Shown here in pieces: positions 26,535 to 45,211 of a DNA stretch of 64,000 nucleotides (positions within the stretch are counted from its first letter, which is position 1; each line of letters starts with the position of its first letter). The stretch lies in the NCBI RefSeq assembly GCF_009914755.1, contig NC_060935.1; one strand, written 5' to 3'. Both the position numbers and the translations under genes were made by a program. The stretch is from the human T2T-CHM13v2.0 reference genome, Homo sapiens. The notes beneath the pieces are model-generated. The model was not told the origin of the DNA. It ran no database searches and worked only from the letters and a program-made list of their open reading frames with translations.

Positions 26535-27066
26535 TGTATTAGTCCGGGTTCTCTAGAGGAACCGAACCAATAGGATAGATGTATATTTGAAGGGGAGTTT
26601 ATTAAGCAGTATTGACGCACACAATCACAAGGCAAAGTCCCATAATAGGCAGTCTGCAAGCTGAGGAGCAAAGAAGCCAGTCCGAGTCCCAAAATCTCAA
26701 AAGTAGGGAAGCCAACAGTGCAGCCTTCAGTCTGTGGCGGAAGGTCCGAGAGCCCCTGGCAAATCACTGGTGTAAGTCCAAGAGTGCAAAAGCTGAAGAA
26801 CTTGGAGTCTGATGTTCGAGGGCAAGAAGCAACCAGCACAGGAGAAAGATGGAAGGCAGAAGACTCAGCAAGTCTAGTCCTGCTTTATCCTAGCCACACT
26901 GGCAGCTGATTAGATGATGTCCACCCAGATTGAAGGTGGGTCTGCTTCTCTCAGCCCACTGACTCAAATGTTAATCTCCTTTGGCAACCCCCTCACAGAC
27001 ACACCTAGGAACAATCCTTTGCATCCTTCAATCCAATCAAGTTGACACTCAATATTTACCATCACA
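26535..27066 (-). mobile_element. MLT2A-type HERV-L solo LTR
   Basis: TGTATTAGTCCGGGTTCTCTAGAGG...CAATCCAATCAAGTTGACACTCAATATTTACCATCACA; TSD TTCTC/TTCCC. Confidence 0.9.
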
Positions 27067-27139
27067 TTCCCCTAATGAAGTTTTCTGTGGAATGTGAAAT
27101 ATAAAGCAGGTAAGATAAGCGCTACTCTGGTTGGTTCTA

Positions 27140-28875
27140 AGGAAAGCTTCTTACTTGTGCACTGGGACTCCCATTCTCTGTCCTTTTCAAGGGCATGCCT
27201 TCAGCAATGCTGTCTCTGTCTATTATATTACATGTAACACTGCTCTACTGGATCATCCCTGCCAGCCTGAGAACATGATGGCATAGCCTCCATCTTTCAA
27301 CCAACCAACCAACAAACCAACCAAGCCATCATCAACCAAGCAAAAAAAATTCATCTTCCCTTACCCTACATGCCTCTGAAGTTACTACCCCACTTCTGCC
27401 CTCTTCTTTCCAGCAAAGTTCACTGACAGAGTTGTCTATGTGTTGTTTGTTTTCTCTCTTCTTGTTCTTTCTTGAATCCACTCAGTCTTTGTTCTCACTA
27501 TTCCACTAGTCCGCAGCCCCAGTGGAGGTTGAAAAAGACCTTCACATTGCCAGAAGGTCTTTTATGATTGATTTTTAGCCACAGTGGATCACGTCTTCAC
27601 CTTGAGGTAGTTTCTTCACTAGTCCTTGGGGAACCACTCACTCTTGGTTCTCCTACCTCACTGACAGTTCCTCCTCAGTCTTTTCTACGTTGTTCTTCCC
27701 CATCCCCTAACCTTTACATTTTGGAATGTCCCAGGGCTCAGTTCTCATTTACAAACAGTGAGCAGGGTAGGGCTAACTTAATCTCATGGTTTTATCATCT
27801 ACACATTGATAAACCTCCAATTTACATATCCATCTAGACCCTGTGTCCTGAAAGCCAGACTCATACAGCCAACTGCTTGCATGTCTAAGAGACGTCTAAA
27901 ATTCACCACGTCCGAAAATGAACTCCTGATATCTCCCTGAAACTCGTTATTCTGAAATTGTCCTAATTTCATGAGTGACCCTTCCAGTCTAGAGTTTACT
28001 CATCTATAAAGCCTTAGGACCATCTTTGACATTTCATTTGTTATCTCACCCTGCATCTATTCCAAGGGCAACTGCTATAGCCTCTACTTTCAACATATAT
28101 CCAGAATCTGACCCCTTCTCACCACATCTACTTCCACACTGAGTCTAGTCTCATGCCCCATCCTCTCATGTAGATTATCTTAACAGCCTCTTGTCTCCTT
28201 GCTTCAACTTTCATTCAACTATACTTTATTCTCCATACAATATCCCTTGAAAACATTCGTCATAATTAGTCTCTCCTCAGCTCAAACCCTTCCAGTAGTA
28301 TCCCATTTCACCCAGAGTAAAAGGTAACGTACTTTCCACAGCCCAAGACCCCATACAATCCCCTACAAACTTTCTGGGCTTAACTTCTGCCACTTTCTTT
28401 ATCCACCCTTGGGTAGGATCACTCAGTGTCAGTCACAGTCTCCTTCTTGCCAATCTTCAAACACAGTGAAATATGCGCCTACCTCAGGGCCTTTGTAGGG
28501 GCTGTTCCCTCAACCTGGAAAATTTTCCTCCTGGATATTCACATGAATCCTCTGAGATACCCACAGGGCTCATTTCCTCTCTTCAGAGAAGAGACCTTCT
28601 CAGAGAGCTGAACCTGACCACCCTGGATAAAAGCAAGTAATGCCCCCAGCTCTTTACAGCCTCCTTACTCTGCTTTGTTTTTTTAAAGGACTTGTCGGTA
28701 ACTGACATATATTCTTCTCTTCTTTTACTTATTGTCTATTCCCACAAAATGTAATCTTCCCAGCAGCAGGCACTTTGTCTCTTTTGTTCATTGTTATATT
28801 TACTAGCACTGAGTACAGTGCCTGGCACCCGATAGATTATCAATAATTATTTGTTGAACAAGTGAATGAATGAAC
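27140..28875 (+). mobile_element. L2 (L2a-like) long 3' fragment
   Basis: CAACATATATCCAGAATCTGACCCCTTCTCACCAC, CCTCAGGGCCTTTGTA, terminal TATTTGTTGAACAAGTGAATGAATGAA. Confidence 0.85.
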
Positions 28876-29864
28876 AAACCCCATTCACTGTAAGCTCCAT
28901 CCCCTGGCTCAGCATCCATCTTCTGGAGCTCCAGAGATGGTTTTCTCCCTAGAGTTCTCGCCTGTCTCTTCCTCTCAGGCCTTTGCCTCTTGGTGGTAAA
29001 CATCTCTGGTTCTTTCTACAGTTCTTTAAATAAAATGGTGGCTCTGGCAACACATCTGAGTTTCTTCACACTTCACCATGTGGTTTGTCTGGATTTAGGG
29101 ATTTGAACACTTAAAATAGTTGTTTGCTGCCTATTTTCTTGTCTTCTTTGGGCTTCAGCTTCACCATAGCCATGTTGATTCTACCCACTCATGTCTGAAG
29201 ACCAGACTTCTAGACTGAGAGCTGGGTTTTGGGATTTGGAACTCAAAGAGATAGTGGATTTAAATCTCAGACCTGTCAGTTTCCTCATCTGCGAATTATG
29301 CCAAGCACATAACTTCATGTGGCTAATGTGAGAATTAATGTCGGTTAAGTGTTTAACACAATGCCTTGCACATAGCAGACTCTTATAAATGTCAAAGTCC
29401 CCTTGACCTTCTCTGTCTTATGTCAACTTTATACCTTTGTCTTCAAGCAGTGGATCCACTTTTTCCAGCTTGTTTTTTCTCCACGTGGAGCTTTAGCAAA
29501 GCTCTTCTTGTCTATACCCTGCATATGCTAGGCTTACTGGGAAACATAAATGACTTTTCTAAAGCTCTTGTATATACAAGGTCTAAAATTGCAACAAGAG
29601 ATTTGTTGGCAGACCTAAAGTAAATTCAAATGGTAAAAATAACTTAAAAGCTTCAAGATAGTAGATTACGTACTTTGGATCACTTGTCATTGTGCTTAAA
29701 GATCAGAATGAATTAGGTGTGTGGATGACTTAAGTTTACTTTGATTAGAAAGAGGTGGCTAATAAAGAAACCCTCTGGAAATGGTTTATCACCCATAGAG
29801 CAGTTTAGAGCCTATGTACACAATGGATGCCAATATGTTTTCTATAAAGTCTATTTAAAATTTA

Positions 29865-30340
29865 ACATGAGTGGTAGTCAAGAGCAGAAGGCAGAACATT
29901 CAGATGGGGCAAGTGAGGAGAGTTTAATGAAGGGGCTATTCACAAATGTGTTGGAAGGATTAAGGAAAACCAAACAGAAGTGCTGAAGCAAGCAGGGGCA
30001 AGCCAAAGCTGGGAACTGTGAACATCTAGGCCTGAAGTAGCAAGGGAAAGGAGCAGTTCCTGCTCTTGGGAAGGGTAGCTAGCTCTAGGAGAAGGCTGCC
30101 TCAGATCCAGCTATCTCAGACAATGTAACGGAGAGAGTGAGCCAGGGGAGTAGATACCCCTACCCAACCCACCACTTGCCTTCCCTTCTGCTGGTAGCAC
30201 CTCCCTTTGGCAGAACACAGTGGGCACTAGACAGCAAGGGAGCCATTGATGTTGCCCATGGAGTTCAGCCTCCAGGGACTCAGGGTAGGATGGCAAAGTG
30301 GAGGGAAGATCTGAAGGAGCCAATGGGGAATACCCAGCAG
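29865..30340. mobile_element. Old ERVL-class LTR (LTR40/41-like)
   Basis: GAGGAGAGTTTAATGAAGGGGCTATTCACAAATGTG...AAGGAAAACCAAAC resembles these LTR families. Confidence 0.5.
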
Positions 30341-30736
30341 GGTTTACTTAGTAATGAACAACTTTTGATGAAGGGTGGAGATCAGAGCTTTTCCAAATGC
30401 TTTTCTATAATGTTTGAAATACCTCATGCTATTCTTGCATTACTTTTATTAATTGTTTTAATCTTGAGGGCTTTTTTATGTTGGTGGTGCTGGAATTATG
30501 GGCTGTTTATTTTTTCGGTATTAAAAGACTATACTGTTATTTAAAACTAATATGGGACTGTATGATACCATTATATGAGGTTAGGAACAGGCTACGGCGT
30601 TGAATGGTGATAGAAGTCAGAACAGTGGTAACTTCCAGGGAAACTTTCTAGGAAATATTCTGTGTCTTGAACTGTGTGGTGATTACACGGGCACATATAT
30701 AGGTCAAAATTCATTGAGCTTGCACTTAAGATCCAC

Positions 30737-31007
30737 GTTTTTGTTTTTATTGAGATGGGGTTTCACTCTGTCGCCCAGGTTGGAGGGCAATGGCTTGATC
30801 ATGGCTTACCACAGCTTCAACCTCCTGGGCTCAAGTAATCCTCCTGCCTCAGCCTCTTGAGTAGCTGGGACAACAGGCATGCACCACCACACCTGGCTAA
30901 TTTTTTTTTTGTTTTGTAGAGATGGAGTTTCACCATGCTGCACAGGCTGGTCTCAAACTCCTGGGCTCAAGTGCTAGGATTACAGGCATGAGCCACTGCA
31001 CCCAGAC
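30737..31007 (-). mobile_element. AluJ inserted in an old L1ME 3' end (~30555-31060, +)
   Basis: CTCCTGGGCTCAAG (J diagnostic) in both arms with a left-arm deletion; flanks CATTGAGCTTGCACTTAAGAT...ATGTAAATTATACCTCAATT. Confidence 0.88.
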
Positions 31008-32595
31008 TGATTTATGTATTTTATTATATGTAAATTATACCTCAATTAAAAAGAATAAAAAATAGTGTGGTTATGCCCTTGGAAGTGCAATGTTTGTGTG
31101 CGATATTTTGAATGTTTATACAATGTCCAGGAGCATTTGTGTACCAGATCTTCATTGTCTTATCTGCTCTCTCTACACGTGTAACCAACATTCAGTTTTT
31201 CAAGGGGCAAAGACAGGGGAGGGGCATAGACTAGTCGCAGAGAAAGCTACAGACAATTACCCTCAGTTGAAAATAAACATAATAAAACTACAGAAGTCTA
31301 ATTTTTGCAACTTGAGAGGGTTTTTCTGCAGCTATTCACTTCTAATCACTCTCACCTAATAAATGAATAGAATAGCTAATGTGATTAGACTAATTCACTA
31401 TTCATCAAGAATATTAAATGAATAGAATATTTTGCATTTCACCAGTCACACATCTTGAGTATTTACCTGATATTACAATCAGACATGTGTTAGATTTTCT
31501 CTCTGCTTCTGGGCCATAGCTCATGGATAATTATAGTGTTTAATTAGCTCCGCACAGCACTTGGCTCTCCGGTGTGGATGGAAATTACAGGATGCAGAAA
31601 GAACAAATCAAAGGCTGTAAAGGAAAGTAGCCCTTTGCTGTATTCCCTTGGAAGCATTAGCAGGGGCCATGGGTAGCACAGGGTGAATTGTTATTCCACT
31701 TGAATAGAAAAGAAGTTGCTTTTCATAGAGATTTTTAAAGTACAATTTTCTTGGAAAACACAGATAGTGAGCATGAAATAGAAAATAGGCAGAGAGTTTA
31801 ATTTACTTACAAAGAGGATATTTTTCCCCTGATCATTTTTGACAGCTCTTTATACTTGACAAAATCATAGCTCTTTGGTTGGGAGTGTCCCCTAAGGAAG
31901 CTGGACAGGTGACTATAGTCTCAGGCCATTGAGCCGACTTTCAAAAGGTCAGGCAACTGCTCTGAGTCTCTGTGTCCTGAAAGTGAAACAAAGCAGTCTG
32001 CAAGCTCAATGCCTAATTCCTGAATAAATGCAATAATTTGAATCAATCCAATCCTATACTACAGACAGATAATGACCATCTCCTCTGGGTAATACATGGT
32101 GCCAAGTGCTATGAAGATAAAAAGATAAGACAAAACCACTCCCACCACTCGAGATCAGACAGTGTGAAGGGAGAAAGAGTAAAAAGTCCACAGTGATCGC
32201 TATATAAGTAAGATAGGGGACCTGGGGAGGTCTAAGGCAGCAGGGGTCACACATGGCATAAGGGCATCTGGTGATGAGGATGGTGATCCAGAGGAATCTC
32301 AAAGGATCAATAGAACTGTGAGAAGCTGAGGTGACAGTAGGCCAGGAAGGGAGCCACTGGAACCAAGATGTGGAAGTGAGAATCTAGTTTGGTTTGTGGA
32401 AAAAATGGGTAGGGAGGAAAACATCCTTCGGTTTCCAACAAGTATACTTGATCCAAACTTACTCTGTAGACCTTCAGATGAAAGAAAATAGTTTATTTGA
32501 ACACCTTTTTTCCATGAAGGCCTTCCTCTATTCTCACCTTGATGTTGTATGAACTGAATTTGCTCATGCTGAAAAGAGAATCACAATATATCCTA

Positions 32596-32867
<272 letters not shown>

Positions 32868-32974
32868 AGAATTACAAGATATCCTAAAGGTCTTTTCACT
32901 ATGACATTTTCTAATCAAAACTACCATATGAAGAAAGTCTGCGTTCTCTGATGAATAAGTGATTGGACATCTTT

Positions 32975-34580
32975 CACTCATTTGGCAACTACTCATCGAA
33001 TGCTTATAATGTTCCTGACACTATGAATCAAGGCTCTGGGTCACAGCAGTGAACTGACCAAATCACCTCTGTCATGGAGCTTATATTTAAATCTGCTGAT
33101 GAGAAATAAACACATATGATGAATTAGTTCATAGGTCAGGAGATAAGAGCACCATACTGAAAAGTAGAACAAGGTATGGAAGATAGAGAGTCCCGAGGAT
33201 GGTGTTCTTGCATATAGGGTTGTCATGGAAATTCCCTCCGATAAAGCATGGCTTGAACAGAGACTGGAAAGGGTAAGGAAGTGAGCCTGGTGGATATCTG
33301 GAAGAAGGGCAGCAGGAAAGTAAGTGCAAAGGCCCTGTGGAAAGAACATGCTTGGTATGTCTGAGGGGAGTCATGGAGGGTGTTGTGGTGAAGCAGAGTA
33401 AGCAAAGCGGAGCTGGGGGTAGCAGCAGGACAAGAGGGGGAGAGAGAGAGAGCAGGAGGGCAGAGCATAAAGCAAGACTGCCATTTTCCCTGGGTGAGAT
33501 GGGAAGCTGCTGAAGCATTTTCAACAGAAGAGTGGCATGATAATCAGTGGTCCCCCCTTATCTGCAGGGGAAAAGTTCCAAGACTCTCAGTGGATACCTG
33601 AAACTAAGGAGGGTACCAAACCCTGTGTATTTTTTCTGTCTGATAACTGAGATGGCTACTGAGTGCCTAATGAGTGGTGGTGTATACACTGTAGATGCAC
33701 ACTGGTTGAAGGGAGGATTCACGTCCAGGGCTGAATGGAGCGGTAGGGTGTGAGATTTCAACATGGAACAGCATGCCATTTAAAACTTACGAATTGTTTA
33801 TTCCTGGAATTTTCCATTTAATATTTTTGGACTGTGGTTGACCTCACATAACCGAAGCTGTGGAAAGTACAACTGCAGAAGGAGGGATTACTGTATTTTT
33901 TGTTTTAAAAGGATCACTCTAGCTGCCTTGGGGAGAATAGATTGGAATCCAAGGAGGGAGGAGGACAACGGTGAAAATAAATAGGGTAGCTAGGTGTCTA
34001 CTGCAAAAACCCAGGCATTGTACAACGGCATCTTGCGAGTAGTGAAGGTAGTAACTGTCAGATATTTTGAAGGTATAGCCAACAAACTTTGCTGATGGGT
34101 TAGGTCTCAGATATGTGAGAAAAATATGAGTTAAAGAAGACTTCAAGGCTTTGGGCATGACAAATTGGGAGAATGGGAGAGTTACCACTTATTAAGATGG
34201 GGAGGAATTGGGAATGCAGCAGAACCAAGTTTCCCTTTAGAAATGTGAAGTTTGAGATTCGTATTGAAAAGCAAGTGGAGATATTGAAGAAGCAATTGGG
34301 TATGTGAGTTAGAAATTCAGGCAGAGGCCTGAGCTACAGAGATAAATTAGGGAGCCATCTGTGAGTAGGTGGTACTTCAACCCCAGGAGGGAGATGAGAT
34401 TTCCAGGCATTTCTTTAGATAAAGAGAAGAGGTGAGTATCCTGAGGAACTTCAGCATTTAGAGGTTAGGGGATGGGAAGAAACCAACAGAGGAATGGTCA
34501 GAGTTCGAAGAGTCCCCAAAAAAGAGTGGCTTCTCGGAGGACACGTGAAGGGTATTTCAAGCAGGAGGACAGAGTCATCC
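32975..34580 (-). mobile_element. L2 long fragment interrupted by MER44A
   Basis: GCAAAGGCCCTGTGG, TTTTAAAAGGATCACTCTAGCTGC, GATATTTTGAAGGTATAGCCAACA. Confidence 0.85.
33545..33893 (-). mobile_element. MER44A-like Tigger MITE
   Basis: TIRs CAGTGGTCCCCCCTTATCTGCAG / CTGCAGAAGGAGGGATTACTG-TA; internal TTTATTCCTGGAATTTTCCATTTAATATTTTTGGAC. Confidence 0.85.
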
Positions 34581-34635
34581 CTTGGAAGAAAAAAGAACAC
34601 TCTTTTGTTCATGTTAGGAGTTTGCTGTTGTTAAG

Positions 34636-35285
34636 TGTGATAGGCAGAATTCTAAGATGGTGCCCAAGATTCCCCATGCCCTTTATTATACATGCCCTGT
34701 GTAATCTCTGGCAATGTGAATATGATGGATGTTATTCCAGGGATTCGGTTGCATATTCTCTGGCACTGTGAATATGATGGATGTTATTCCAGGGATTCGG
34801 TTATGCTCTACGGCACAGTTGATTTTAAGATGGGAGATTATCCTGGTGGACCTGACTTAATCACATGAGCCCTTTAAAAGCAGCTGGATGTAGATGAGGG
34901 CGCCAGAGAGACAAACTCCAGCTGTCCAGAGGTAACACACATTTATGATGTGACCTGTCATTGGGGGGCACAGGGCAAGGAACTGTGAGTAGCCTCTGGG
35001 CATTAATACTAGTCCCTGGCCAACAACTAGCAGGAAACAGGCATCTTCATCCTACAGCCTTAAGGATGTGAATTCTGCCAACAACCAGTGAGCTTGGAAG
35101 AGGACCCAAACAGGAACTACAACCACAGCTGGCACCATGATTTCAGCCTGGTGAGACCCTGAGCAGAGAATCCAGCCATGCCATGCCCAGACTTCTGACC
35201 TACAGAAACTGTGACATAATAAATTTCTGTTGTTTTAAGATGGGATTTTGAGGTAATTTTTAATGCAGCAATAGAAAACTGACGT
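34636..35285 (+). mobile_element. MLT1 (E/F-like) MaLR solo LTR
   Basis: TGTGATAGGCAGAATTCTAAGATGG start; GACTTCTGACCTACAGAAACTGTGA...GCAGCAATAGAAAACT end. Confidence 0.88.
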
Positions 35286-36949
35286 TCTGAGGAAGACTGA
35301 GGATTTAAAAGTCTATGAAAGAGAGAGAGAGTGAGAGTGAAACAGAGAAAAAGAGGGAGGCAGGAGATAAAAAAAGGGAAAGAAATTGGGAGGGAAGGAG
35401 AAAAAAGAGCAATGTCTAAGAAATGCACCTACATGGATATTTTCAGAGAACTATTAATCATAAAGTAAATAACTCTCCTTATTGCAGAAAAGGAATTTAA
35501 GATGGGAAACAGTGATTTATTGCTGAATCCTTCAGGGTTTCACAGTAAATGCTTGGCCAGACCGGAAAGCAGGCTGCTCTGGGAGGCTCATTTGGGGCCT
35601 TCTGCTTCCCTCTGTTCAGTGTAGGATCCAGGGCTTTCTCTTGATAGTCACTGGCCTGGGTTGGGTATCTGGAGGCACAATTTCCACGTTGGCTCTCATC
35701 ATGAATTGCGCCCACAAATCCTTACCTTTCTTGATGTGGCCCTACTTGTGAGTTGTTATTAACTTGGAGATCTAGAAATTCGAGTCCAGAGAGGAAGGCC
35801 TGCAGTCCATGGCATGATCCTAGTTTTTCTGGGCCATGGAAAGCAAGCAGAGGAAGTCACATGGGCCCCAAACCCTGGACTCTAGTTTTGGTTGTACCAT
35901 GTCTAGCTGTGTGACCATGAAACATTGTTGGTCTCAGAGTCTTAAGTCTCACCATCTGTAATTTTGGGAAAATACCTGACTTCTTCCTGACACAGAGGGT
36001 GGTGAAGATAACATGGGAAATACGAAGTAATATGAAGTATTATTACCATTTCAGCTTTGGCCATGAGCTCAGTAGCATCTAGCTTATTTTGGCTCCAAAA
36101 GTTCTGCGTGAAAGTCTGTTAACATCCTGGCCACATAGGGCCCACACTTAAATATCACAATGTTAGGATGTTTATCTAAGTAATTGGAGACACAGTGAAT
36201 TGGAGAATGAGATTGGTTGCCACTAGGTAATATTATAATAATATTCCATTGCAATGAATATTATTACAGTATTATGCTTCAATGCTATCTGAGAAGGGGT
36301 ACTTTCTCAAACTAATTACCTAAAAAAAATCTGTATAAGTTAGTGAATGGCCTTCTTTTATAATGGAAGTATTTCATCATGAGCTATCTGCAGTAGACAG
36401 GGGAAATCTGAATTGAGCTGTTTGCACCTCTTTTGTCCTGCCACGAAGTAAACATTAGCCTTTAGGGTTCCTTTTTTCCCTCTTCCAATGTCACAGTGGA
36501 TGAAATAATATTTCACTTAACTTCCAAACCACTACCAAAATCAAGTGGTTAAGAGAAGGAAAGAAGAGGTGGAGGTAGAGTCACAGCGACTTCCACTTAG
36601 TAGGTGGAAAGCTCCACTTTAACCTTTGAATTCAGTAAGGAGAGAATGGATACACCTGGGCTTTCTCTCCGGCTCCTGCAGACAGAAAAAGTAGCAGCAT
36701 ATCATCCCAACCAAACCCCACAGCATGTGTGTGTACGTGTGCACACGCGTGCCTGTGCAGACACACACACACACACAAACACGAAGAAATAATAGAAAAC
36801 AAAAAGTCAATCTCATAGCCTTTTTTCATAGAAGGATTATACTTCTGGAACACAGCACTGTTTCAATTGTTGATAAAATTATTTGACTTCTCGAGCACAG
36901 CAAGAGAAAAGGTAAGAAGGAATTTGATTTCTATGACTAAGTTTAGTAG

Positions 36950-37335
36950 TCAAGTTCATTCATTCAATAGATATGAATTGGGCACCTATGGCACTGGGAA
37001 TGCACCAGGGTACAGTATAGAAAAAGTTCCTGTTCTCATGGCATATATGTTCTAGCGGAAGAGGCAGAATAAATGGATTAACATATATATATATATATGC
37101 AGTGGTAGTAAATGCTGTGAAAAATAGTGGCGCAGGGTAAAGATACAGAGATGGCAGCTGGAAAGGGTAGTTGCTACTTATATATGGTGACCAGTGAAGG
37201 TCACACTGATGATGAGAACCTCAAGCACAGAACTGAAGAAAGTATTGAGGAAGCAAGCTATGTAACAATTTGGGGGAAAAGCATTGCAGACAGGCAGAAG
37301 AGCAAATGCCAGTGCCCCAAGATAAAAGCACATTG
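36950..37335 (-). mobile_element. L2 3' fragment
   Basis: TTCATTCATTCAATAGATATGAATTGGGCACCTATG...GAGCAAATGCCAGTGCCC. Confidence 0.75.
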
Positions 37336-37578
37336 GACTTTCATTTGCACATTTATTGATACATTTATACATTCTCTCCTTCATTCATTCATGCAGCCTC
37401 TCATTCACAGAGATAACTAAAGAAGCAATTGGCTATGCGAGTTAGAAATTCACATAATTAATCTAATTACATGCATCTAGGGAACACTTTTTGTCAAATT
37501 TGTACCTCATTTTAGTTATGAATTGCATATTTGTTGATTATTTAATATACGTTAAGCATAAGAGGAAAATACATATGA

Positions 37579-37910
<332 letters not shown>

Positions 37911-39203
37911 AAATTCTTATTTTTTTAAAAAGACAGACACATAAACAAATAAATGTAGTATTCCATGAGGCTTCATGGTATTGGGAAAATAGCATGGACT
38001 TTGAAAACAGATATTCTAGTCCAGCCGTTTGTAACATACCTACCCCTGAGCAAGCTACTTTCCTCTTTAAGCCATAGAGCATAGGGCAAGTGATATCTAC
38101 TTTGTAGAATTCTTGTGAGGAATAAATAAGATAACATACAAACAGTACAGGTATATAGCAATAGTAAGTGGCACAGTTGGTGGCAGAGAGTAGGATATTC
38201 GGTAAATGCTTATTGAATGCGTGGAATCAATGAGTGCTCAGAACGGGAGTGATGAGAATCATTATCTGCCATAGGTAACTACATGGAAGTACAGAAAAGT
38301 TAAGTTATTTATTCTTGATTATTCAGCAGTGGTCAGAGGTCAGGTTTTCTATCTGGTCTATACAGGGTCTGGACTGTTTAAAAATTATTTAAAATCTTTC
38401 TGAATATGATCTATTTCAGGGGCCAGCCTATACTTGGAATCAAACAAGGCCTTTACTTGCATTACATTTACAATATGTTTAAGTAATTAGAAAATGGTAA
38501 ACCCTTTATTCTTAATGGCAATGGAAATATAGTTCAATCTCACAGATGATGCAGGAGAACATATGGTCCCTGAGTTTCAACTTCTGTTAAGTGGACTTAG
38601 TCAATTTTATTTTCTCTTCCTATCCTTGCTCACCTTCAGGCAGAGAAACTTAGTAGCTTTGAATTGTACCTGGCACATAGTAGATACTCAAATATTTGTT
38701 GAATGAAGAAATGAATGAATGATGAGTGAATTATTTTACTCATAACCACTCCCTAGAACCTTAATTTTTACTTTCATTAAGATCTCAACACCCTCAACCT
38801 TCTCATTTCCCCTTTTACTGCATCCACATCCCTGGCCAGATTTGCTACAAGATCACCTTCATCAATTCATCTCTTGATAAACTCCTTTGACCTGCTATGG
38901 TGTCCACCATAATTAAGTCAATCCTAATTCTGCTCCTCAGGGGCACAGCATCATTTCAGAAGGTCTCAGAACATTAATGACTTGGCCTGGACATCTGATT
39001 TCAGTGGCCCTTGCTGGTGACCCTGTTATGCATATTGTTCATTTTTCTTGCCATTGTTACTCCATAATTTTCTAAAGTTTTTCATGTTCTCCAAGCTATA
39101 GTCTTATTTTCTCCCAGATACTAGTATCAGTAAATTATCTCATTTACTGCTTCACTAGGATTCTGGAAGCCAGTGGTGTCCATCTCAGTACAAGTCAAAT
39201 TAG

Positions 39204-39713
<510 letters not shown>

Positions 39714-39908
39714 TAAGTTCTGGGATACATGTGTAGAACATGCAGGCTTGTTACATAGGTATACATGTGCCACGGTGGTTTGCTGCACCCATCAACCCGT
39801 CATCTACATTAGGTATTTCTCCTAATGTTATCCCTCCCCTTGTCCGCCACCATCTTACAAGCCCCAGTGTGTGATGTTCCCCTCCCTGCACCCATATGTT
39901 CTCATTGT

Positions 39909-44138
<4,230 letters not shown>

Positions 44139-44189
44139 TATGATGCTAGGTGGTTATTTTGCCCATTAGTTAATGCAGTTTCTTCATAA

Positions 44190-45211
44190 TGTTGATGGTC
44201 TTTACATTTTGGTTTGTTTTTGCAGTGGTTGGTACCGGTTTTTCCTTTTCATATTTAGTGCTTCTTTCAGGAGCTCTTATAAGGCAGACCTAGTGGTGAC
44301 AAAATCCCTCAGCATTTGCTTGTCCGTAAAGGATTTTATTTCTCCTTCCCTTACAAAGGTTAGTTTGGCTGGATATGAAATTCTGGATTGAAAATTCTTT
44401 TCTTTAAGAATGTTGAATATTGGCCTCCACTCTCTTCTGGCTTGTAGGGTTTCTGCAGAGAGATCTACTGTTAGTCTGATGGGCTTCCCTTTGTGGGTAA
44501 CCCAACCTTTCTCTCTGGCTGCCCTTAACACTTTTTCCTTCATTTCAACCTTGGTAAATCTAACAATTATGTGTCTTGGGGTTGCTCTTCTCAAGGAGTA
44601 TCTTTGTGGTGTTCTCTGTATTTCCTGAATTTGAATGTTGGCCTGTCTTGCTAGGTTCAGGAAGTTCTCCTGGATAATATCCTGAAGTGTGTTTTCCAAC
44701 TTGGTTTTATTCTCCCCGTCACTTTCAGTTACATCAATCAAATATAGGTTTGGTCTTTTCACATAGTCCCATATTTCTTGGAGGCTTTGTTCATTTCTTT
44801 TCATTCTTTTTTCTCTAATTTTGTCTTCATGCTTTATTTCATTAAGTTGATCTTCAATCTCTGATCTCCTTTTTTCCCCTTGATCGATTTGGCTATTGAA
44901 ACTTGTATATGTTTCATGTAGTTCTCATGCTGTATTTTTCAGCTCCATCAGGTCATTTATGTTCTAAACTGGTTATTCTAGTTAGCAATTCCTCTAACCT
45001 TTTATCAAGGTTCATAGCTTCCTTGCATTGGGTTAGAACATGCTCCTTATAGCTTGGAGGAGTTTGTTATTATCCACCTTCTGAAGCCTACTTCTGTCAA
45101 TTCATCAAACTCATTCTCTGTCCAGTATCATTCCCTTGCTGGTGAGGAGTTGTGAGAAGAGGCATTCTGGTTTTTGGAATTTTCAGCCTTTTTGTGCCAG
45201 TTTTTCCTCAT
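44190..45211 (-). pseudogene. L1 ORF1 remnant
   Basis: Start ATGAGGAAAAAC (reverse complement of 45200-45211); 175-aa open segment 44277-44804 matches the ORF1p RRM/CTD. Confidence 0.9.
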
